This document shows positions 29,004 to 41,803 of a DNA stretch of 64,000 nucleotides, piece after piece. Source of the stretch: Thermoanaerobaculia bacterium (lineage in GTDB: Bacteria > Acidobacteriota > Thermoanaerobaculia > UBA5066). The number at the start of each line of letters is the position of its first letter. Position 1 is the first letter of the stretch. The notes beneath the pieces were generated by a model, which saw only the letters and a list, made by a program, of their open reading frames with translations, ran no database searches and was not told where the DNA came from. The position numbers were made by a program, and so were the translations under genes. The stretch covers positions 288,001 to 352,000 of the forward strand of contig CAVRAY010000002.1 in the NCBI GenBank assembly GCA_963719225.1, written 5' to 3'.

Positions 29004-29061
29004 GCCGGGAATGTTGGCCTTGGCCTAGACCAAGGTCAAACCCATCGCGATACGAGACCAA
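29004..29061 (-). promoter_or_regulatory. Leaderless-type promoter and putative MocR operator
   Basis: Minus strand TTGACC-N17-CAACAT-N7-ATG; inverted repeat TTGGCCTTGG-N6-CCAAGGTCAA (29014-29039); direct repeat AGACCAA (29027, 29055). Confidence 0.6.
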
Positions 29062-29088
29062 CCAAGACGGAATCCGGGGCGACCGCGC

Positions 29089-29370
29089 TCATTCGCCGCG
29101 GGAGAGGAGAGCGGCATACGCGCGCTCCATCTCCTCGGCAAAGAGCAGGTCCCACTCGCGCGAGCCCTCGACGACGCGCCGCGACTTCCCGAGGAGCTTC
29201 TTCTGGGTCTCGGCCGACAGGCGCTCGTTTTCCTTGTCCCACGCGAGGACCGCCTGAAGGATGTGGTTCCTCAGGAACTCGCGCTCGGCCAGGAGCGCGA
29301 CGCCCGGTGTCTTCGAGAGTCGCTCGATCATCCGGTGCGAGAGGTCCACGGCGCGCGCGCGGGAGATCAA
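29089..29370 (-). CDS. DUF507-like protein
   Basis: TTGA overlap; ISR..DLSH..; RRVVEGSREWDLLFAEEM pattern. Confidence 0.65.
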   Translation of the reverse strand: MISRARAVDLSHRMIERLSKTPGVALLAEREFLRNHILQAVLAWDKENERLSAETQKKLLGKSRRVVEGSREWDLLFAEEMERAYAALLSRGE

Positions 29371-30020
29371 TGGATCCGCCTTGGGCCGTCGGACTGCGGG
29401 TTCCTCAGGGACGCCACGCCCCGCGCCGTCAGCGGATGCTCGAAGAGCCGGTCCAATACGGGGAACGGGAGGGTCGCGACATCCGCTCCCAGCGCCGCCG
29501 CGTCGAGGACGTGGATCGGGTTCTGGATGCCCTGCACGCAGATCTGCGTCTCGAGGCCGTAGTTGTCGAAGACGCGAACGATGGACTCGACGACGTCCAT
29601 GCCGATCTGCCCCGCGTCGTCGAGCTCGCCGACGGAAGGGCTGACGTACGCGCTGCCGGCCCGCGCGGCGAGGAGGGCCTGCGTCGCCGTGAAGACGAGC
29701 CCCACGTCCGTGGCGATCTGCTCGTCGCCGAGGAGCCGCACGACCCGGAGCCCTTCGCGCGTCATCGGCACCCTGAGGACGACATTTTTCCCGTGCTTGT
29801 GGAGCTCGCGGGCCTCCTTGTACATCGCCTTCGGGTCGCCCGCGGCGAGGGTCGCGATCACCGGCCCGTCCCCGACCTGCGCGAGATCGGTCAGGACCCG
29901 CCGCGCATCGCGTCCGCTCATCTCGGCGGACTCGGGCCGGAGGAGGATCCCGTCCAGAAAGCCCCAGTCGCGCACGCGACGGGCCTCTTCGGGATCGGCC
30001 GTGTCGAGAAAGAAGCGCAT
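29367..30020 (-). CDS. Transaldolase/FSA-family homologue with degenerate active site
   Basis: Scaffold conserved (MRFFLDTA, QALLAARAG.AYVSP, HPLT) but catalytic motifs substituted; TACACT 10 nt upstream of ATG. Confidence 0.85.
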   Translation of the reverse strand: MRFFLDTADPEEARRVRDWGFLDGILLRPESAEMSGRDARRVLTDLAQVGDGPVIATLAAGDPKAMYKEARELHKHGKNVVLRVPMTREGLRVVRLLGDEQIATDVGLVFTATQALLAARAGSAYVSPSVGELDDAGQIGMDVVESIVRVFDNYGLETQICVQGIQNPIHVLDAAALGADVATLPFPVLDRLFEHPLTARGVASLRNPQSDGPRRIH

Positions 30021-30058
30021 GGAACCGCGGAGTGTACTCGTCTCCCGTCGGTGGTTCG

Positions 30059-32688
30059 TCAGGCGGCGGGAACGGGCGTCGTCGGGCCGGCGGAGCCGTT
30101 CTCGGACTCCTCGTCGCGCTCGGCCAGCTTCGCCACGGCGACGACCCGGTCGCCTTCGGCGAGGTCGATGAGCTTGACGCCCATCGCCGCGCGCCCCGTT
30201 TCCCTCACGTCCGCGACCGCGAGGCGGATGAGGATGCCCTGCTCGGTGATGACGAGCAGGTGGTCCCCCTCCGTCACGGACAGGATTCCCACGACCGGGC
30301 CGTTCTTCTCCGTGACCCTCACGTTGATGACGCCGGAGCCGCCGCGCGCCTGGTGCCGGTACTCGGCGACGTCGGTCCTCTTGCCGAAGCCCTTCTCGGT
30401 CACCGCGAGGAGCGTGCCTGTCTCCTCGACGAGGTCCATCTCGACGACGACGTCGTCTCCCCGCAGCTCGATTCCCTTGACCCCCGTCGTGTCGCGTCCC
30501 ATGGGCCGCGCGTCCGTCTCGGAGAACTTGATCCCCATTCCGAGACGCGTGCCGAGGAAGACCTGCCGCTTTCCGTCCGTGATCTGCGCCGAGAGCAGCT
30601 CGTCGTCCTCGTCCAGCTTGATCGCGATGATGCCCTTCTCGCGCGGATTTCCGTAAGCCGAGAGCACGGTCTTCTTGACGAGTCCCCGCTTCGTCGCGAA
30701 GAGGAGATACAGGTCGTCGGGGAACGTGCGCGTCGTCGCCATCGCCGCGACGCGCTCCCCCTCCTCGAGCGCGAGGAGGTTCACGAGCGCTTTGCCGCGC
30801 GTCGCGGGCCCGCCGGAGGGCACGTCGTAGAGCTTCACCCAGTGGACCCGTCCCTTGTTCGTGAACGCGAGGAGATAGTCGTGCGTGGAGCCGACGAACA
30901 GGTGTTCGACGACGTCCTCTTCCTTCGTCTGCGCCCCCATCCGGCCCTTGCCGCCGCGCTTCTGCGCCCGGTAGATCGAGAGCGGAGTCCTCTTCGCGTA
31001 GCCGCCGCGGCTGATCGTGAGGACGACCTCCTCTTCGGCGATGAGATCCTCGGCGGCGAGATCGCCCGCCTCGGCCACGATCTCGGTCCTCCGCGGGCGG
31101 CCGAACGTCTGTTTGATCTCCGAAAGCTCGGCACGGATGATCGCCGAGACGCGCTCGCTCTTCGCGAGGATGTCCTTCAGGTCGGCGATGGCCGCGAGGA
31201 CCTCGCGGAACTCGGCCACGATCTTCTCGCGCTCGAGACCGGTCAGGCGCTGGAGGCGCATGTCGAGAATCGCCTGCGCCTGCGTCGCGTCGAGACGGAG
31301 CAACCCGTCGCCGCTCTTTGCGGAGGCGGAGGCATCGAGGCTCAGGGCTCCGAGGAACTCCTCGAGAGTCGCCTTCCGGATCGAGATCTCCTGCGTGAGC
31401 CGGCTCCTGGCCTCTTCGGGGTCCTTGCTCTTCCGGATGATGGCGATGACCAGGTCGAGATTCGCGAGCGCGATCGCGAGGCCGAGAAGGAGATGCGCGC
31501 GCTCCTCGGCTTTCTTGAGGTCGTGGAGGGTACGGCGCACGACGACCTGGCGGCGGTGGTCGAGGAAGTGCCGGAAGAGGTCCCGAAGCGGCAGCACCCG
31601 CGGCTGTCCGTCCACGATCGCGAGCGCGTTGATTCCGAACGAGGACTGGAGCGGGGTCATCGCGAGGAGCTGGTTCAGGACGACCTGCGCGATGGCGTCC
31701 CTCTTCACGTCCACGACCATCCGCATGCCGTGCCGATCGGACTCGTCGCGGATCGCCGAGATGCCCTCGATCCTCTTGTCGTTGACGAGGCCCGCGATCT
31801 GCTCGATGAGGCGCGCCTTGTTGACCTGGAACGGGAGCTCCGTGACGACGATGGACTCGCGGTCGCCTTTCTTCGTCTTCTCGATCTCCGCGCGCCCGCG
31901 CACCTGCAGGATGCCGCGGCCTGTCTTGTAGGCGTCCACGATGCCCTGCCGGCCCAGGATGATGCCGCCGGTCGGAAAGTCGGGGCCGGGCAAGACCTCC
32001 ACGAGCCGCGCGAGCTCCGCCTTCGGGTCGTCCAGGAGCACGATCGCGGCGGCGCACGCCTCGGCGAGGTTGTGCGGCGCGATCTTCGTCGCCATGCCCA
32101 CGGCGATGCCCTCGGAGCCGTTCACGAGGAGGTTCGGGAACTTCAGGGGCAGGACGGTGGGCTCCTGCAGCGAGCCGTCGTAGTTCAGCGTCCAGTCGAC
32201 GGTCTCCTTGTCGATGTCCTCGCCGAGCATCTCTTCGGCGAGGCGCGTGAGCCGGATCTCGGTGTAGCGCATGGCCGCCGCCGAGTCCCCGTCCACCGAC
32301 CCGAAGTTGCCCTGGCCGTCCACGAGCGGCTCGGACATGGAAAAGTCCTGGGCCATCCGGACGATCGTGTCGTAGATCGCGGCGTCGCCGTGCGGATGGT
32401 ACTTGCCCATGATGTCGCCGACGAGCCGCGCCGACTTCTTGTAGGGGCGGTTGTGGCGATTCGCCTGCTCCCACATCCCGAAGAGCACGCGGCGGTGGAC
32501 GGGCTTGAGGCCGTCGCGCACGTCGGGCAGCGCGCGCCCGACGATGACGGACATCGCGTAATCGAGATAGCTCCGCCGGATCTCCTCCTCGATGGAGACG
32601 GGGATCTTCTCCCCCCCGCCCCGCCCCCCCCGCCTACCACCCCGGGCGGGGCGGGGGGCGCCGGGGGCTTCGAGGCGTCGTCAGTCAC
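30059..32688 (-). CDS. gyrA: DNA gyrase subunit A (apparent 1-nt frameshift in 5' poly-G)
   Basis: [41 protein letters not shown], GyrA box QKRGGKG; GTG 32688 is out of frame with the body. Confidence 0.93.
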
Positions 32689-32721
32689 GCGAGAACCTCG
32701 AATGTGCCATCGACAAACAAC

Positions 32722-36380
<3,659 letters not shown>

Positions 36381-36388
36381 GCGGCCGA

Positions 36389-37513
36389 CTACATCCTCAT
36401 CGGCATCACGACGTAGAGGTAGCTTCGGATACCCCCCAGGGGTTCCGCCGGGCGGCCCTGGCACTGCGCCTGCTCGTCCTTCACGAAGAGGTGAACGTCC
36501 TTCGTCTCGGCCGCTTCGAGGAATTGCTCGAGGTAGCGCGCGTTGAGACGGAGGGTGACCGGCGCGTGGTCGTATGCGATGGCGATTTCCTGGGATCCGT
36601 CGCCGACTTCCTGGCTCTCGGACGAGACGACGAGGGCGTCCTTCTGGAAGGCGACGCTCACCGCCTTCATCCGGTCACCCGAAAGAAGGGCGATTCTCCG
36701 GACCGCTCCGAGCAGCTCCTCGCGGGGCGCGACGGCTTTCTTGTCGTTCTCCTTGCTGATGACCTTCTCGTAGTCCGGGAAGCGTCGCTCGTCGAGCTTC
36801 GAAAAAAGTCTCCGGCTTCCGACGGAAAAGCCGATGTGGTTGGTGCCCCGAACGATCGTGACGGACGCGTCGTCGCCTGCGTCGAGCTTGCCGAGCTCGT
36901 CCAGGATCTTCTTCGAGACGAGGACCGGCTCGAACCCGGCCTCGGCCTGCGCCCCCTCGACCTCCACGAGGGCCAGCCGATGGCCGTCCGTCGCGACCAT
37001 CTCGACGATTCCGCCCTTCGTCTTGAGAAGAGCCCCCTGGAGCTGGAGCCTCATCTCCTCGGTGGACACGGCGAACCGTACTTTGTCGACCATCCGGCGC
37101 AGCGCACCGAAGGTGAGGGTGAGCGTCGGTCCTCCGGCGGGCTCCGGCCGGGTCGGGTAATCGCCCGCGGGAAGGCCGTTCAGCCGGATCCTGAGCTTCG
37201 GCTCCTTGCACTCGAGGGAGACATGGTTGTTCTCGAGCACCTTGAGTTTTATTTCCGCGTTCGGCGGCAGCTCGCGGACCACGTCGTAGAGGCGCCGCGC
37301 CGGTGCCGTGACCGACCCGCTGCTCTTCAACGCCACGGGAGTGATCTCGGACACGAGCGTCGTATCGAGGTCCGTGGCCGTGAGCGTGAGCGTCTCGCCC
37401 TTGGCCTCGAGCAGGACGTTCGTGAGGATCTGATGCGTCGTCCGCTTCTCGACGACTCCCTGAATCAGGCTCAGTTCTCGGGCCAGGGTCGAGGCCGGAA
37501 GTGTCAGCTCCAC
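36389..37513 (-). CDS. dnaN: DNA polymerase III beta clamp
   Basis: ILTNVLL, ATDLD, VATDGHRLA, FPDYEKVI, C-terminal VVMPMR. Confidence 0.96.
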   Translation of the reverse strand: MELTLPASTLARELSLIQGVVEKRTTHQILTNVLLEAKGETLTLTATDLDTTLVSEITPVALKSSGSVTAPARRLYDVVRELPPNAEIKLKVLENNHVSLECKEPKLRIRLNGLPAGDYPTRPEPAGGPTLTLTFGALRRMVDKVRFAVSTEEMRLQLQGALLKTKGGIVEMVATDGHRLALVEVEGAQAEAGFEPVLVSKKILDELGKLDAGDDASVTIVRGTNHIGFSVGSRRLFSKLDERRFPDYEKVISKENDKKAVAPREELLGAVRRIALLSGDRMKAVSVAFQKDALVVSSESQEVGDGSQEIAIAYDHAPVTLRLNARYLEQFLEAAETKDVHLFVKDEQAQCQGRPAEPLGGIRSYLYVVMPMRM

Positions 37514-37757
37514 GACGTCTCCTTAGATCCTGAATCCTATCATTTACAGGTTCTCAAAAGTAGCAGAAGACGTAGGCAGGTCCAAAAAGTGCATTGTCCA
37601 TTAAGTTATTATATTTCAATGATTTATAGTGCCATATTACCTGTGAATCTCTCGATGTCCCTTTGTGTAAAGTGGGTCGCCTCAATCGCCTTCTCGGGAC
37701 TTCTCCGCCGCTCTCCGGCGCGACGGGAGTGGACAGAGGAAAAATGAGTGGAAAAGC
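37514..37757. other. Probable oriC (dnaA-dnaN intergenic region)
   Basis: Strongly AT-rich against the high-GC background; DnaA-trio-like AAG TAG CAG AAG ACG TAG (37558-37575); IHF-like site (37602-37626); degenerate DnaA boxes at 37642, 37664, 37728 and 37747. Confidence 0.75.
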
Positions 37758-39071
37758 TCAGCGAAACTGCGCCAGGAAGCCCGCGAGAAGGCGGTCCAGC
37801 TCGGGATCTTCCTCGCGAAGCGCCGCGATCTTCCGGATGGCGTGAAGCGCCGTCGTGTGGTGCTTGTCGGAAAACAGGCGGCCGATCTCGGGCAGGGAGA
37901 GCCCTGTGGTTTCCTTCAGGACGTACATCGTCACCTGTCGCGCAAACACGATCGGGCCACGCTTCGTCCGGGCACGGAGCTCGGCGGGCTTGAGGCCGTA
38001 ATGGGCGCCGACGAGCTTCAGGATGTCGGCGGGCGTCGTCGCGTGTTCTTCCGCGCGGAAGACGTCGCGCAGCGCTTCCCGGGCGAGGTCGAGAGAGATC
38101 GCCTCCCCCTTCAGGGACGCGAAGGCCACGACCCGGTTGAAATATCCCTCCAGCTCGCGGATGGAGGACTTGATCTTGCCGGCGAGAAAGAAGGCGACGT
38201 CGTCCTCGAGGACGACCTGGTTCGCCTCCGCCTTCTGCCTGAGGATCGCGACTTTCGTCTCGAAGTCGGGAAGCTGGATGTCCACGATGAGGCCGCCCTC
38301 GAACCGGCTCTTCAGGCGATCCGTCAGCCCTGGGATCTCGCGCGGGGGAACGTCGGAGGAGAAGACGATCTGGTTACCTTCGTCGTAGAGCGCGTTGAAC
38401 GTGTGAAAGAGCTCGTTTTCGGAGGCCTCTTTCCCGACCACGAACTGGACGTCGTCGAGGAGGAGGATGTCGGCGGCCCGAAAGCGCTGCCTGAGGCTCT
38501 CCATCTTGTTGAACCTCACGCCGAGCACGACCTCGTTCACGAAGTTTTCCGACGTCAGGTAGATGACCTTTTCACCCGGCCTGCGGGAAAGGCGGCGGTG
38601 TCCGATCGCCTGCATGAGGTGGGTCTTGCCCAGGCCCGTTCCTCCGCAGATGAAAAGAGGGTTGTACTGCCGGGACGTCTGGTCCGCCACGCGCAGGGCC
38701 GCGGCATGAGCCAGGCGGTTCGACTCGCCGGTCACGAAGTGCTCGAACGTGTACGCGGGGTTCAGGCCGCCCGCCCGGCGGCGGGGCTCGGCGGGAACCT
38801 TCTGGGGATTGACCGCGGACCGGTACTCGCCGTCCGCCCCGAACCGGATTTCCCGGGTGCCGGCGCCCGCGAGCCGGGCCGCTTCGGCGATCTGCACGGC
38901 GTAGGCCTCGGGGATGTAGTCCACGAAAAGCGGGGTGCGCACCTGGACGAAGATGGCCTCGGGCGACTCGGACTTTTGCCTCGAGTCGCGGAACCACGAG
39001 TCGAACTCGCGCTCGTCAACGCGGGTTTTCAGGTGCTCGAGGATCTTGGCCCAGGTCGTCTGCTTTTCCAC
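37758..39071 (-). CDS. dnaA: Chromosomal replication initiator DnaA
   Basis: [41 protein letters not shown]; GTG 39071 with SD GGTGGAG. Confidence 0.97.
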   Translation of the reverse strand: MEKQTTWAKILEHLKTRVDEREFDSWFRDSRQKSESPEAIFVQVRTPLFVDYIPEAYAVQIAEAARLAGAGTREIRFGADGEYRSAVNPQKVPAEPRRRAGGLNPAYTFEHFVTGESNRLAHAAALRVADQTSRQYNPLFICGGTGLGKTHLMQAIGHRRLSRRPGEKVIYLTSENFVNEVVLGVRFNKMESLRQRFRAADILLLDDVQFVVGKEASENELFHTFNALYDEGNQIVFSSDVPPREIPGLTDRLKSRFEGGLIVDIQLPDFETKVAILRQKAEANQVVLEDDVAFFLAGKIKSSIRELEGYFNRVVAFASLKGEAISLDLAREALRDVFRAEEHATTPADILKLVGAHYGLKPAELRARTKRGPIVFARQVTMYVLKETTGLSLPEIGRLFSDKHHTTALHAIRKIAALREEDPELDRLLAGFLAQFR

Positions 39072-39094
39072 AGGATCTCCACCGCTGTGCAAAA
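39064..39094. promoter_or_regulatory. Two DnaA boxes flanking the dnaA RBS
   Basis: TTTTCCACA (39064-72) and TGTGCAAAA (39086-94) both fit TTWTNCACA. Confidence 0.7.
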
Positions 39095-39155
39095 CGGGTT
39101 TTTGCGGGGGAGGCGGATGGTATCAGCGCGCATCCGGCGGGAAAAGACCATTCGG

Positions 39156-39184
39156 TTGACAGGACCGAGAGAAGCCCCGAGAAT
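39156..39184 (+). promoter_or_regulatory. Sigma-70 promoter of rpmH
   Basis: TTGACA-N17-GAGAAT. Confidence 0.7.
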
Positions 39185-39214
39185 CCGCATCCCCGTCGGA
39201 GGGTTTCAAGCATC

Positions 39215-39358
39215 ATGGCCAAGAGCAAACGCACGTTCCAGCCCAACAACCGTCACCGGAACAGGACCCATGGGTTCCTCGTCCGGATGAGGACCAAGTC
39301 GGGCAGGGCCGTCCTCGCCCGCCGTCGGGCGAAAGGGCGCAAGCGCCTCTCCGCCTGA
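39215..39358 (+). CDS. rpmH: 50S ribosomal protein L34 (absent from the ORF track)
   Basis: [47 protein letters not shown]. Confidence 0.97.
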   Translation: MAKSKRTFQPNNRHRNRTHGFLVRMRTKSGRAVLARRRAKGRKRLSA

Positions 39359-39427
39359 GCGGAGGAGGCAACCGGGAATCCACGTCTCGTCTCAGCGAAG
39401 AGGCGGACGCGGCGTCCGGCCGGAGCC

Positions 39428-39820
39428 ATGCACGCACGGGCCAGCCTCGCCTCCCCCCGCCCGAAGGGCGAAGCGTTTCCGCGGTCGAGCCGTATCGGAG
39501 CGCGACGCGATTTTCGCGCCGCCTATGAGGGTGGCGTCAAGCACCCTGGCCGACTCGTCGTCGTGTTCGCAAGGCCCCGGGTCCAGGGGGGTCTCCGGCT
39601 CGGCCTCACGGCGACGCGCAAGGCGGGCGGCGCGGTCGTTCGAAACCGCGCCCGGCGCCGCGTCCGCGAGATCTTTCGACTCTGGGCGGCGACGGCGAAG
39701 GGCGCCGACGTGGATCTCGTCGTGAACATCTCGGAGCGGGCGGCACGCGCCTCCTACGCGGCCCTCTCCGCGGAAGTGACGGCGCTCTTTTCACGCGCCG
39801 CCCCGGAAGCTCGAAAATGA
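39428..39820 (+). CDS. rnpA: Ribonuclease P protein component
   Basis: [25 protein letters not shown] (RNR motif). Confidence 0.93.
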   Translation: MHARASLASPRPKGEAFPRSSRIGARRDFRAAYEGGVKHPGRLVVVFARPRVQGGLRLGLTATRKAGGAVVRNRARRRVREIFRLWAATAKGADVDLVVNISERAARASYAALSAEVTALFSRAAPEARK

Positions 39821-40047
39821 CGGCGCTCTCGATCTCGCCGTCCCGCGCCCTCGCGGGGATTTTTGGTGCCTACAAGCGCTTCGTGTCGCCGCTGCTCCCG
39901 CCCGCGTGCCGGTTCGTTCCCACGTGTTCGGAGTACGCGCGCGAGGCGGTGACGCGCTACGGCGTCTTACGGGGTCTCGCCCTGGCCGTACGGCGCCTCG
40001 CCCGCTGCCACCCGTTCCATGCGGGTGGTCCCGATCCGGTTCCCTGA
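39817..40047 (+). CDS. yidD: Membrane protein insertion efficiency factor
   Basis: [31 protein letters not shown]. Confidence 0.95.
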   Translation: MTALSISPSRALAGIFGAYKRFVSPLLPPACRFVPTCSEYAREAVTRYGVLRGLALAVRRLARCHPFHAGGPDPVP

Positions 40048-40062
40048 AACAGAGGAGATCTC

Positions 40063-41778
40063 TTGGAAACGAAGCGCCTCGTTCTCGCTTTTGCGCTCTC
40101 GGCCGCCGTGCTGATCGGCTGGACGATTCTGTTTCCTCCGCCCAAGCCGAGCGCGCCCGCCGCCCGGCCGGTGGTGACCGCGCCGGCGACAGCACCGACG
40201 ACCCCCTCGGCGGCCGCGGTAGCCGCGACGACGGGGGCCGCAGTTCCCTCGACGCGGAGCGCCTCGCCCCCTTCGCCGCCGGCGGTTCGCGAGAAGGTGG
40301 CACCCGTGGCAGCGGCCGCCGAGGAGCCGGTCGAGGTGCGCAGCCCGCTCTACACGGCACGCCTGTCGAACGAGGGCGGCGCCCTGAAGTCTTTCATCCT
40401 GACGCATCATCGCGACGGCGCCGGAAAGGCGCTCGATCTCGTGCGGCAGGGGCCGCCGTTCCCGGGAGTGACCCTCACGCTCGATCCGGCCGACCCGTTT
40501 CTCGAACGGGCCCGGAAAGCGTATTTCACCGTCGAGAGAGAGAGCGGCAACGGCGTGACCTCGGTGCGCTTCCGATACCGCGAGGCGAGCGGAGAAGGGC
40601 TCGTCCGCTCGTACGTGTTCCGGGATTCCTACGTCGTCGCCGTGAAGGTCGAGCGCGAGGGCGCGGCCGGCGCTCCGGTCGGGCTCGTCCTCGGGCCCGG
40701 AATCGGCAATCCGTCTCCCGAGGAGCTTTCGAGCCGCTATTCCAAACCGGGGGAGACCGTGACGCTTTCCGCGGCGGGCTCCGTGGACCGAAAGGCGAAA
40801 GACTCGCTCAAGGAGCCCCTGCCGAAAGGAGCGGGGCTGGTCGCCGCGGGCATCGAGGACAACTACTTTCTCACGGCCTTTCTCCCGTCCGCCGCCGCGG
40901 CCGTGACCCTGCGGCCGGTGACGCTCGCCGCGCCGGCCGTGCCCGAAGGCAAGCCCGCGGCCGCTGGCAAGCCCGCCGCCGCGGAAGCGGAGAGCGAGGT
41001 CGTTCTGTCCGCGCCGAACGCGCTCGCGACGGACGTCTTCCTGGGCCCGAAGGAGCTGGACGTCCTCGAGAAGACGCGCCCCGGCATGGACCGCCTCATC
41101 GACTACGGCTGGTACGCGATCGTCGTGAAGCCGCTCCTGTGGGGTCTCAAGGCGATCCAGAAGGTCGTCGGAAACTGGGGCGTCGCCATCCTCGTCATCA
41201 CGGTCATCATCAAGATCCTCCTCTATCCCCTCACGCACAAACAGCTCGTCTCGATGAAGAAGATGAGCGTCCTGCAGCCGAAGGTCGAGACGATTCGCGC
41301 GAAGTGGGCGGGGAAGATCAAGCAGGACGCAGGGGCGCGGACGAAGATGAACGAGGAGATGATGGCCCTCTACAAGCAGGAGGGCGTCAACCCCGCCGGG
41401 GGCTGCCTGCCGCTTCTCCTGCAGATGCCTATCCTCATCGCGTTCTACAACCTGCTCGCGCACTCGATCGAGCTGCGTCACGCCCCGTTCATGCTGTGGA
41501 TCACGGACCTCTCGGCGAAGGATCCCTACTACGTCACGCCCATCCTCATGACGGCGACGATGTGGATCCAGCAGCAGATGACGCCCGCGGGCGGCGATCC
41601 CACGATGCGGAAGGTCCAGAACATCATGCCGCTCGTCATGGGTTTCCTCTTCAAGGACGTCCCCTCGGGTCTCGTTCTCTACTGGCTCATGCAGAACATC
41701 CTCACGATCGGGCAGCAGATGCTCCTGAACCGATTCACCGACCTCGGCCCGGCCTCGATGAAGCCGAAGGCACCCTGA
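40063..41778 (+). CDS. yidC: Membrane protein insertase YidC
   Basis: SD GAGGAG, TTG start; IDYGW, GNWGVAI, NPAGGCLPLLLQMP, WITDLSAKDPYY, PSGLVLYW. Confidence 0.96.
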   Translation: METKRLVLAFALSAAVLIGWTILFPPPKPSAPAARPVVTAPATAPTTPSAAAVAATTGAAVPSTRSASPPSPPAVREKVAPVAAAAEEPVEVRSPLYTARLSNEGGALKSFILTHHRDGAGKALDLVRQGPPFPGVTLTLDPADPFLERARKAYFTVERESGNGVTSVRFRYREASGEGLVRSYVFRDSYVVAVKVEREGAAGAPVGLVLGPGIGNPSPEELSSRYSKPGETVTLSAAGSVDRKAKDSLKEPLPKGAGLVAAGIEDNYFLTAFLPSAAAAVTLRPVTLAAPAVPEGKPAAAGKPAAAEAESEVVLSAPNALATDVFLGPKELDVLEKTRPGMDRLIDYGWYAIVVKPLLWGLKAIQKVVGNWGVAILVITVIIKILLYPLTHKQLVSMKKMSVLQPKVETIRAKWAGKIKQDAGARTKMNEEMMALYKQEGVNPAGGCLPLLLQMPILIAFYNLLAHSIELRHAPFMLWITDLSAKDPYYVTPILMTATMWIQQQMTPAGGDPTMRKVQNIMPLVMGFLFKDVPSGLVLYWLMQNILTIGQQMLLNRFTDLGPASMKPKAP

Positions 41779-41803
41779 CGCGCGCGCGTCGGAGAAAAGG
41801 TCC

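Noticed and set aside
41779-41803. No jag gene between yidC and mnmE; no gap gene upstream of pgk
   Set aside because: Ordinary gene-order variation; the genes may lie elsewhere.
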